DNA of 19,344 nt from Azolla caroliniana (lineage: Eukaryota; Plantae; Polypodiophyta): contig JBHGNT010000612.1 in the NCBI GenBank assembly GCA_043228905.1, positions 1 to 19,344 of the forward strand, in the 5' to 3' direction. The position numbers and the translations under genes were made by a program. The notes beneath the pieces are model-generated. The model saw only the letters and a list, made by a program, of their open reading frames with translations, was not told where the DNA came from and did not search any database. Shown here in pieces: positions 1-9,132 of the stretch; positions within the stretch are counted from its first letter, which is position 1, and each line of letters starts with the position of its first letter.

Positions 1-46
1 AACTCGTATCCGCCATCTGGAGCCAAAACGGGCAAGGCTCCCATTC

Positions 47-2110
47 CTAGATTCCCAGGGTATTACAAGTCCGTAGACTGATCATGTTCCTACCCAATCC
101 TCCATCTACAATCGTCCCTGGTAGTTCTCGTCCTTTGACGATGGCGGTGATTGCCAGACTGTTCGTGTCTACCACTATTGGCCCTTCTTCCGGATTTGAG
201 AAGAACGCAGGAGCCGGCAACGGAATTGATGTGGTCATTCCTGATTTCAGCCCTTCCGTAAACCGGGGCACTAGTTGTAATAACCGACCCAATGGCAGCG
301 TAATTTGACATTCTTGTAACGCTTGCCATGTTGGATTTTCCGGCTGAATCGTATCAGTGGCCCCTTCCGGTTTCTCCTTTTGTTGTTCAAGCTCAGCCAC
401 ATTTTGCTCATTTGCCTTCTTCACCCACTCGGTCACTTGCTTTCGGATTGCCTCCTATGTTTCCCACTCCGTTGTTTTGACTTTTGCCCTGGTGGTGACT
501 TGTTGTATGTCGGCGACATCTGCTACCACCATATTTATGGCTAGTCTTTTCTCGTAGCTTTTAACCGAACATTGATTACTGTAATGTCCTTCTTGCCGGC
601 AATAGTAGCAGTATGCTTTCCGGGTGTTGCTCGATTCGACGTTCGCTCTAGTACCCGGTTGAGGTCCTATTGGTGGTCGGTTGGGTGCTTGGCCTTGGTC
701 CGGTTCGGTACTTGACGTGCCCTTGTTCGGCTGCCACTGGCGGTCCTCCTTTCTAGCGTTCCAGTTTTTGTTGAAGCATTTTTTGTTCCGGTAACCCTGT
801 CGGGGCCGGTTTTCATAGTTTCCTTGATCCTCCCTCCGTTGGTTGTAACCGAGGGAATGATCCCGGTTGTATCGCTCATATCATTCACCGTTGTAATCCT
901 GGTAGCTATCTTGCCGGTCTCGGTTGGGAGCGTCCTTTCTGTCTCTGTTCTAGATATCTTGCATCGGCCGGTAACGCTCATCTCGCCGCCAACGTTCTTC
1001 TTCCTCCTCCCGGTTGCTCCGGGGTTCAATTTGCCTTACTGGTGCCGCTTGCCGGTTCAGCAAGTTATATTCGCATCGGTCCATTGTGTGCATCCTGGAA
1101 TGGCATAACATGCACTGTGTCTGCATGGTACATTCTATTGTCGAGTGCCCGGCATTGAGACAAGTCATACATTGTATAGCTTGCCGAAAACGTAAGTCAT
1201 CCTCTGTCGGTAATGTACGTTGGAGTGCACCCATTGTTAGCCACAAGCTTGTTTTCTCCATCTCCCTGACCCTTTCTATGACTTGGTTGATCGTGCTGGT
1301 GCGGAAATCAATCATTGCGCACACCATACGCACGGGTTCCCAGAGTGCTGCTAGGAATATTGCTTTAGCCTCTGCCTCCGGTGGTGCCCGATTGAGCTGA
1401 CTGTGCATTCACTGGAATCGGATTACGAATTGTTGAATGGTTTCCGTAGGTTCCTACCGTATGGTGTAGAATAGGCTGACCATCTCCCGTTGATCCATCT
1501 CCTTGTTGAAGAACTGTAAAAATCTGGTTTTTAAGTCTTCAAGCGTCATGATGGTGCCGAGAGTGTGCATCAAGCACCATCGCGCTGTTGGTCCTTCCAA
1601 GGTCATGCCGAACTCTGCCATCTTCGAGCGTTTTGCTTCGGCGACGGTCAAGCGTTGCAACACGTGGTTTGCTTCCCATGTTTGCAGAAATGCATAGACA
1701 TGAGCTTCTACGTCCTGATCATCCCGGTACTTGGGATATTGGAACGGCATGTCATCATCTGGTGTCTGAGGTCTTTCCTCCTCTTCTTTCGGTGTCTCAC
1801 ATGGCGGTGTCGGAAGTTGGTCCGCCACTTGCCGGTCTGGGGCTTCCAGTTCCGTTAACTCTGGTTTTGGTGTCGGCAAGGTATCCGACTGCTCGTCCTC
1901 TGATCCGTCTAGGGTATCGTGGCTGCTACGGTAATTTGAATGGGCGCTGCATTCATCGTTCGAGTCTGATTCAAAGGCCGAGAATGGTTCCGAATTGCCT
2001 CCCCCTGTCACTAGTGCCTGCAAAATGTATTCCGCGTCCCGGAGACTGCTCAAGCTGCTTCCTTCGTTCGGTTGGGAATTTTGCTGCCTGCGGCGTGACT
2101 CTGCGGCCAC
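47..2110 (-). pseudogene. gag-pro: Disrupted gag-protease of the Gypsy element
   Basis: ORFs 1454-2110 and 950-1408 are in the same frame, separated by in-frame stops (TAG at 1454-1456, TGA at 1409-1411). Retrotransposon gag-like text FGMTLEGPTARW...LKTRFLQFF. Cx2Cx4Hx4C knuckles at 1130-1171, 1073-1114 and 569-610. Protease region ITLPLGRLLQL...IVDGG in ORF 47-436. Confidence 0.85.
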
Positions 2111-2282
2111 TCGCCGGATTACTTTGGAAAATGAGCGATCTACATGGATCTCTTCTACCGCCTGTTGGAAAGCCTCTTGCTTTCACAATTGTTCGGCAAG
2201 TCTTCTTGCTCGCTCCGTAACCGGGTTGTTTGTTGGCATAGTCATCCATGCCCGCCGATGTTCATTGCGTTTGTGCAGGAGT

Positions 2283-2293
2283 CGTGGTCGCCA
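2283..2293 (-). promoter_or_regulatory. Primer binding site, probably tRNA-Arg type (TGGCGACCACG)
   Basis: Minus strand reads ...GATAACA-CAGTTTT-TGGCGACCACG just after the LTR. The Arg assignment is from memory of plant tRNA-Arg(TCG) ending ...GTGGTCG(CCA). Confidence 0.65.
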
Positions 2294-2300
2294 AAAACTG

Positions 2301-2763
2301 TGTTATCACTAGGGCCGGCCAATGGCCTAACACAGGGTGTCCCTCTGAGACACTTCACCAAAGGGGTGTTGCAGTGAGATAGAGTTAGACCGACGATTAA
2401 TGGAACCCTAATTGGTTACTAAGCGGCAGGATCATTAGTCACAGTACATGCGTAGGATATATTACAGTTAGCACAGAATGGTAATTAACAATGATTAAAA
2501 TACAGAACAACAACACTCTATTAATTATCTACTGATGATTACAATCTAGTTGGGCCCTTTTATAGGTCTTTGGCTTTAGGTACAAACCGGTGCCAACCAA
2601 CAACCGGCTATGAACCGATCCGGATTCGGATTGGCATACCGATTCTGTGTTTGTCCGTTCGCTTCTCAAATCATAATAATTCTATATAAATATATAATCA
2701 GCTCCCGATTATTAATGAGCCCCTCGGTTCCCATTCTAGACTTCCCTTGCCGGCCAGCTAACA
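2301..2763 (-). repeat. LTR copy 1 (inner), about 463 bp
   Basis: Termini TGTTA...TAACA (possibly TGTGTTA...TAACACA, 2299-2765). Direct repeat of 3156-3617, with about 9 differences in the first 110 bp by manual count. Confidence 0.9.
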
Positions 2764-3155
2764 CATGCCACGCCTGTGGGACAATGCCTTGTACGTCGAA
2801 TCCCACGATCCGCCCTTCATTCATCCTCCAAAATGTCAAGAATGCTCTGATCTAAGGGTTCCAATGGTTCTTCGGGAAGCTATTCTGTAGTCTACTATTG
2901 TTGTTGTTCTTGTGGCTGTGGCTGCTCTTCTTGCCGCTCTGGCTCCGGCTGTGACTGTTGCTGGTTGACGTTCATTGCCTGCGGCTCTGTCGGTCTGACT
3001 GGCTTTGTATCCATTTCCGATTCGACTGGTCTTACCGTCTCTTCCTCCTTTTCCGGCTCAACCGGCCTTGGCGTCTCCTGGCTCTGCTGCTCGGCGTGCA
3101 CCAGTTCCTGCAGATGGTCTTCCTCTATTATACCATCATGGTCGCCAAAAAATTG
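2764..3155 (-). mobile_element. Short internal segment between the two tandem LTRs (PBS, Q/E/P-rich reading frame, weak PPT-like end)
   Basis: TGGCGACCATG PBS at about 3137-3147 on the minus strand. ORF 2895-3188 has repeated RPVE/RPTE units and poly-Q. No gag/pol motifs. Confidence 0.65.
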
Positions 3156-3617
3156 TGTTATCGCTAGGGCCGAACAATGGCCTAACACAGGGTGTCCCTT
3201 TGAGACATTTCACCAAGGGGTGTTGCGGTGAGATAGAGTTAGATAGACGATTAATGGAACCCTAATTGGTTACTAAGCGGCAAGATCATTAGTCACAGTA
3301 CACGCGTAGGATAAATTAAACTTAGCACAGAAGGGTAATTAACAATGATTAAAATACAGAACAATAGCACTCTATTAATTATCCGTTGATGATTACAATC
3401 TAGCCTGGCCCTTTTATAGGTCTCCGGCTTTAGGTACAAACCGATGCCAACCGGCAACCGGCTACGAACTGATCCGGATCCAAATCGGCATACCAATTCC
3501 GTGTCCATCCGTTCGCTTCTCAAATCATAATAATTCTATATAAATATATAATCAGCTCCCGGTTATTAATTATCCCCTCGGTTCCCATTCTGGACTTCCC
3601 TTGCTGGCCGGTTAACA
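3156..3617 (-). repeat. LTR copy 2 (outer, 5'-most), about 462 bp
   Basis: TGTTA...TAACA. Similarity to copy 1 stops exactly at 3617, where integrase codons of the host element begin. Confidence 0.9.
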
Positions 3618-4338
3618 CCACGAATCATCCTCAGTCCGATGGACAGACAGAACGAGTAAATCAAATTATTGAGGACATTCTTCGAGCACATGTTGGTGCA
3701 AAACCAACAAAATGGGAACGTTATCTCCCACATTTGGAGTTTGCTTATAACAGCTCCAAGCATACATCGACGGGATATAGTCCTTTTATGTTGATGTATG
3801 GTTTTCAGCCACGAGCCCCGATTGATGTTAATATAGATCATGATGAGTTGCGAAGTACACAAAACTTTCTTCGGGTTATGCAAGATACATTGCATATTGC
3901 ACGAGATAATATAAAAATAGCTCAAGATAAAGCATGTTTTTATGTTGATCATCATAGGCAACCTCGTGTCTTTAACCTTGGACAGAAGGTATTTTTACGT
4001 GTACCGCCTATCATCTCGCTCTTCCCGATGGTTTTGGAATTCATCCAGTCTTTCATGTGAGTCGTCTAAAAGAACTTCTAGGTTCTGGCGACAATACAGT
4101 TACAACTGAAACTTTGGTTACTTCTGAAGAGTTATCTTCTAAACCACATGTACCGGAAAGAATTCTCAATGTTAAAACAAAAAAATTACGTACTAAAGAA
4201 ATCCGAGAATTTAAAATAAAATGGATGGATAAATCAATAAAAGATGCCACATGGGAACGCGAAAATACTCTCAGAACTAACTTCCCTAGTTTTCCATTGC
4301 AAGAGTGCAATATTTTAAAGAGGGGGAGTATGTTATAG
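3618..4338 (+). pseudogene. Integrase C-terminal half plus chromodomain of a chromoviral Ty3/Gypsy element
   Basis: HPQSDGQTERVNQIIEDILR...LEFAYNSSKHTSTGYSPF (rve core end); YHLALPDGFGIHPVFHVSRLK; chromodomain PERILNVKTKKLRTKEIREFKIKWMDKSIKDATWE. Frameshifting deletion near 4005. Confidence 0.92.
4320..4328 (+). promoter_or_regulatory. Polypurine tract of the chromovirus
   Basis: GAGGGGGAG followed by TA and then TGTTAT (LTR start at 4331). Confidence 0.85.
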
Positions 4339-5470
4339 GCATGACCATATAATATCCCGTTGTCGTAGTGTATTCCACACACTACGTGAAAACCATAAAA
4401 TAATATATCCGAATTTAGATACATATAAATAAATAAATAATATATCAAAAAAATTTATCACGTGCATAGGGCAAGATTCGAACCATGCACCTCCACGTAG
4501 ATAAACCCCAACTTTACCATTGTAATAACTTATCTTTAGTGTTATAAATATAGATTTAATACGTATAAGACCTTTATTTACACATACCTTTATTAAAAGG
4601 TAAAAATCATGTATTCTTTAGAGTGTGAATATTTTATTTACACGTGACATTAAAAGTGACTCATGCACATCTAGCGTGCACGAGCCCTATATTTAGGAAA
4701 TGACAAAACATCACATGCACATTTAGTGTGCATGGGCACTTTAGGTGAAAAAGCATGAAGCCATGCTTAGCCTCTTCCATCTTTATATAAGGAGGAGAAA
4801 AATATGTATATGGTTGTTGATTAATATAGAAGAATTGATCAATCTAATAGATTCGTGGGATTCACGAATTTTGCCATCTAATTGCTCTAATAATCTAAAT
4901 ATTGTTTTTAATTACACTAAACTCGTGGGATTCACGAGGTTACTATCTTACTTCTCTTCCTATTATTCATAACTAGCCTTAAGTTGTATTCCTCTTCCTC
5001 CTAGTCCAAAACCTCGGCGGTTCCCACCCGACTCACGCAACGATCCGGAGCCGAAGGGCACGACACCGTGGTCAGAATTTACCGTAGTATTCTATACACA
5101 TGGATAAGTGTGAGGGTTAAACAAGAGTGTAAAGAAGGGGAGGATTACTTTTAATCCTCGGGATTGAGACAACCCATTAGGCCAAGTGTGAACATGGCTG
5201 GGGGCCTTGGGTATCACTATAAATAAGAGGCCTAACTACCCTCATTTCATCATCTATTGACTACGTTGAGACATTGTTCGTGAGTGGTTCAACTCTTGTA
5301 GTGAGCGCGCTAGCACTAGGTACGACTCGATGCCAAGGCGGTGGTATGGGACGCCGATCGAGGCTCGAGTTCATCTCGATCCCTTCGCTCAAGGGTTGTC
5401 GGGTGGATCAGCACCCTTCTTTCTCTCTCTCCTCTCTATCTAGATCTATCTATTCATCTACCGATTTAGT
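4331..5470 (+). repeat. 3' LTR of the chromovirus, interrupted by solo LTR 4361-5065; right end truncated or uncertain
   Basis: Begins TGTTAT directly after the PPT. 4331-4360 joined to 5070-5169 is colinear with the reverse complement of 6281-6410. TATAAATA at about 5218-5225. Confidence 0.7.
4361..5065. mobile_element. Solo LTR (705 bp) with 4-bp target-site duplication CCGT
   Basis: Termini TGTCGT...ACGACA (6-bp inverted repeat). CCGT at 4357-4360 and 5066-5069. The empty site (ATATCCCGTGGT) is visible in the related copy at about 6228-6239. Confidence 0.9.
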
Positions 5471-6215
5471 TCAAGATTCGGAGAAGCCGGATCAACTAAA
5501 GGCCAAATGGACACGGACACAACGGAAGTCAACGCCAACACGAAGGAACCAATGGGTCGACAAGTGTCGGAGTTGCAACAGCGAGGGAGCTGAAATGGGC
5601 ATGTTGAGCAAACAAGCCGACCGAGGAGGTCGAGGTGCGCAGAACCAGAAGGGCCGCAACAAACAGGACCAGACTGGACGAGGAGTACAAGCAAGGCGGA
5701 GCAACGCCAAAAGGAGCCGTGTAGAAGAATCGGCTGCCACGAACACTAACACCACGATCTGACCTTAAGTTTAGCTTGAGGGGGAGTGTTGAGCTAGCAA
5801 GCTCAACCGGATCCGGATCGGCTGAAGAAGCCTGAGCCGGATCGATATCCGGAAACAATCGGCCGGATCGGGGAGACGGATCGGAGAGTTGGATTCGAGC
5901 GGGAACCGGAAGCCTAGTAGTAGCCTAGACTACTAGGTAATCATTGTCTCATAGTTAGTGTCAGTCGCATGTATGAATATTGAAGTACCTGTCAGTACTT
6001 TTGTCAGTCCTTTATGGACTTGTATAAATAGTGTTGTTTAGCACGTTGTATGTACAGAGTTTTCAGAGTGATATTTTGAATTGAGTTTATGTTCTGCTCT
6101 CTCTCTCTCTCACGCGTATACTCTTTGTGTATTAAGCTTCTCCATTAAACCTTCATCTTATTCTCTGTTGCAATCCGGCTGAGCCGGTTTTGTCTAACTC
6201 TTCCACACGTTTACA
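5471..6215 (+). mobile_element. 3' end of a Ty1/Copia-type element: R-rich tail, PPT and 3' LTR (5787 to about 6215)
   Basis: TTAGCTTGAGGGGGAG (PPT 5778-5786) followed by TGTTGAG is a typical Copia 3' junction. TATAAATA at about 6023. Candidate end TTTACA at 6215. Left boundary approximate. Confidence 0.7.
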
Positions 6216-6221
6216 TTCACA

Positions 6222-6410
6222 CATATAATATCCCGTGGTGAGAATTTACTATAGTATTCTATACACGTGGATAACTTGGATCTCAATCCCGAGGATTAAA
6301 AGTAATCCTCCCCTTCTTTACACTCTCGTTTCACCCTCACACTTATCCATGTGTATAGAATACTATGGTCAATTCTCAGCACGGGATATTATATGGTCAT
6401 GCCCATAATA
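6222..6410. repeat. Fold-back made of two oppositely oriented fragments of the chromovirus LTR start
   Basis: 6222-6274 (CATATAATATCCCGTG...GTGGATAA) is an imperfect inverted repeat of about 6343-6395. 6281-6410 is the reverse complement of 4331-4360 plus 5070-5169. Confidence 0.88.
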
Positions 6411-7934
6411 GTGAAGGTCCAACTTTGTGAAATATTTTGCTCCATTGAGACGTTCCAAAAGATTCGGGACTAATGCTAGAGCATATCTATTACGGATAGT
6501 CAGTTTGTTTAACCTTCAATAATCCACAACCAACCGAAGAGACCCATTCTTTTTCTTAACGAAGAAGATAGGTGCACCCGCACGGGATCTAAAATACCAA
6601 ATGAATCCGTTTGCTAGATTCTCGTCGATATATTCCTGCAAAGTCTCTAGCTCTATAGGGGAGATATTATAAATCGGCCCCCATGGATGTTCTTTCCCTG
6701 GTTGTAAGTCAATAGGTTAGTCGTATGGCCAATGCTCTGGCAATGTATTGGCCTTCACCTTATCAAAGATGTCTGAGAACTCTTTTGTATTTCTTTGGTA
6801 GTTTAATGTGTGCTTCATGTAAGGTGGATGATGGAGTTGCTACTATTGCGAATACGAACATGTCCTCGTTTCCCCTTTCCTCACGTAACCGACGTAGAGA
6901 TATGGTCGATAACTTATGGGATCCAGTATCTAATGTCGGAGATTCCTAGGTCTCCTCAATTGTTCTTTTCATCCAATCAATCTTTGGGTAATGGAGTTCA
7001 ATGATGCTATGGGTCGGACATCAATGACTCCTATGGCTACTAAGTTTGGAAGCTTATTCAAGAGGATGTTTTGTGACAATGCAAACTCACGATCCATGAA
7101 ACAAGAGTTGGCTCCAGAATCTAGGAGGGCAGAGGCTAGAACTCGATGACATGTAGATGTGGTAAGCTCCACTTGTGGAGAAAAAAATCTACTAACTTGA
7201 TTTGATGAAATGGAACCACGACTTGGAACTAACTCTACAATCTAGGATGGTCCAACCAAATGGCTCCTATTTTGGCCGGACTTACTCGTTTAACACATCC
7301 TCTAATTGGCTCAAGACATCGAATCTATTCTCATGGCATGGACTATTAGGCTTACTTGTGTTATTAGAAGTAATAATGGAACTCGAAGTAGGGTTGTCAT
7401 GTGCACTTACTTGGTATACTTGATGTCTAGGTTTATGGGGACAATTCACGGCTATATGTCCTGGACTGCCACAATATAGGCATAGGCGGTGCACTCGACA
7501 TCATTACTTTTCAATACCTGATAAAGGCCCTTGACATTGTGTTGACTCTATTTCCATTGAAGTTGGGCCATCCCTTGTAATGGGTCTAGAAACTTGTGGA
7601 GGCGTTGTCACTACAGAAGCGTATGTCTATTTCAGTTGGCGACATAACATTTGTTGGCGCTCAGAACGTCGCTCAAATAGGCGATTATCACATTGCACAG
7701 CTCAACTAATGGCCTTTGTAAGAGACTTCAGATCTTCATGGAAAGTAAGAAAAAGATCTTTGACATCATTACGCAAACATTGATGGAATTGATTCATTAA
7801 GGCCGCTTCATCCCAAGGGATATCGCATGCCAAGAGACAGAAATCAAATGCGTAAGCTGACATGGGACGATCTCCTTGTCAGAGCCTTCGAATCTTGTTT
7901 ATCGCCGTCCTAGTGTTGTCGGTGTCTCCGAAAT
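6411..7934 (-). pseudogene. Decayed gag-protease-RT of a Ty3/Gypsy element resembling the Tcn1/Sushi type
   Basis: Minus-strand translation gives gag FGDTDNTRTAINKIRRL*QG...WDEAALMNQF, knuckle CLYCGSPGHIAVNC, protease ALLDSGANSCFMD and [33 protein letters not shown]...[16 protein letters not shown], cut at 6410 by an LTR. Many stops and frameshifts. Confidence 0.9.
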
Positions 7935-8125
7935 TAGGTGCAACATGTGTAGTATAACGTGTGAAGTGTGAGCCTCCACATTTGCCCCATGTCATGGTAC
8001 ATTGGCATAGCAAAAATGCCTCATTTATAGAGGAATCTAGTGATGCATCTTGAAGTAAATGTGTTGCATCCAATCTACCAAACCATTTTTCCATATCTTG
8101 CATCCAACTAGAACAGAAAGATTTG
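7935..8125 (-). mobile_element. Possible non-LTR (LINE) ORF2 C-terminal fragment inserted in or adjoining the gag
   Basis: Coding-like text KSFCSSWMQDMEKWFGRLDATHLLQ...WGKCGGSHFTRYTTHVAPN that is not gag-like, joined abruptly to gag at about 7934 and flanked by an (ACAT)n-like tract. Family assignment from memory only. Confidence 0.35.
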
Positions 8126-8131
8126 AGATTG

Positions 8132-8224
8132 ACATACATACATACATATATACACGTCATACATACATGCATGCATGCATGCCATACATACCAATATGCC
8201 ATACATAAATATATACATACACAT
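8132..8224. repeat. Degenerate (ACAT)n/(GCAT)n microsatellite
   Basis: Directly visible. Confidence 0.85.
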
Positions 8225-8627
8225 GCTGCTTGCTACATTAACACAATCTTCTCAAGGGTGGATGGGTGTGCCAGCAGCGTGCATGAGGCACACTACCTAC
8301 TCCTAATAATAGGAACTCGCCCTCCCCTTGTAACACATCTAATGTGTTGAGGGGTTCCGTGATCAGAACCACAACACACTACCTTGCTGGATTGAGGTGA
8401 GGGCCTTCTCGACGGGTAGAGAAGGCCCTGTGAGTCGTGGGCTTCTAAGTCTTCTTGACGGATGGAGTAGATGCCCATGACTCAGAGCGAGGGTTTTGAG
8501 GTTGGATAGAGGGTGGTTGGGCGGTATGTTCAAGGGGTCTCAATTATTCATCTAGCCATCCTTCACGTAGTTGAGTAGTGTTGATACGCGAGTCCAAGCC
8601 CAATCGGAGATCCACCCTAATCGCACA

Positions 8628-8770
8628 ATTAAATAAACATTTAAGTTAAATTGATTAAATCTATAAAAGAAACTTTAATTAAACCATTAAATTAAATAGA
8701 CATTTAAGTTAAATGAATTAAACCAATAAAAAACCATTAATTAAAACATTAAATTAATAAACTATTAAGG
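8628..8770. repeat. AT-rich tandem repeat, about 62-bp unit, about 2.3 copies
   Basis: AATTAAATA(A/G)ACATTTAAGTTAAAT recurs at 8628 and 8690, with a partial third copy at about 8751. Confidence 0.75.
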
Positions 8771-9026
8771 TGAAAAACAACAATTAAATGAAAATCAATA
8801 AACCTTGAAACCTATAAACTCATAAACCTGAGTTTTAGAACTAAACCGAAACTAAACCGTTTATTAAAAATTTAAACAAAACTAGACCATCTTTTGGAAC
8901 CAATAAACCGTTAAACCATGGATTAATGGACCGAAGGTAGATACATATATATGCATGTATGTGTAGTAACATCTTTTAAGAGGCCAAAATGGGCATGTAA
9001 AATCAAAGAAGAGATTACATCTGAGA

Positions 9027-9028
<2 letters not shown>

Positions 9029-9068
<40 letters not shown>
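9029..9068. repeat. (GA)20 microsatellite in the proximal promoter/5' UTR of the OS9 gene (potential BBR/BPC GAGA element)
   Basis: Directly visible, 64 bp upstream of the ATG at 9133. Confidence 0.9.
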
Positions 9069-9069
<1 letters not shown>

Positions 9070-9132
9070 GGCCATGGACGAAAACTTGATTTGAATCATC
9101 AACGCAGACGTAGAGACACGGAGACAGTGAAC

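Larger units (their letters stand above)
1..3617 (-). mobile_element. Ty3/Gypsy LTR retrotransposon (non-chromovirus, Tat/Athila/Phygy-like), 5' part; continues past the left window edge
   Basis: Two LTR copies (2301-2763, 3156-3617), each followed on the minus strand by a TGGCGACCA PBS, then gag with CCHC knuckles and an aspartic protease motif (IVDGGLGRNMI) near the left edge. The right end abuts integrase codons of another element. Confidence 0.88.

Noticed and set aside
84-2377. Many + strand ORFs up to 210 aa overlapping the Gypsy gag
   Set aside because: Antisense shadows of a GC-rich gag region, with no recognisable motifs.
4460-4530. Functional tRNA gene
   Set aside because: Box B is good, but I cannot pair an acceptor stem or anticodon arm. 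Reported only as tRNA-like.
6222-6395. Independent MITE with ~53-bp TIRs
   Set aside because: All of its sequence derives from the chromovirus LTR start, homology extends past the apparent TIR to 6410, and no TSD is seen. Kept as a fold-back instead.
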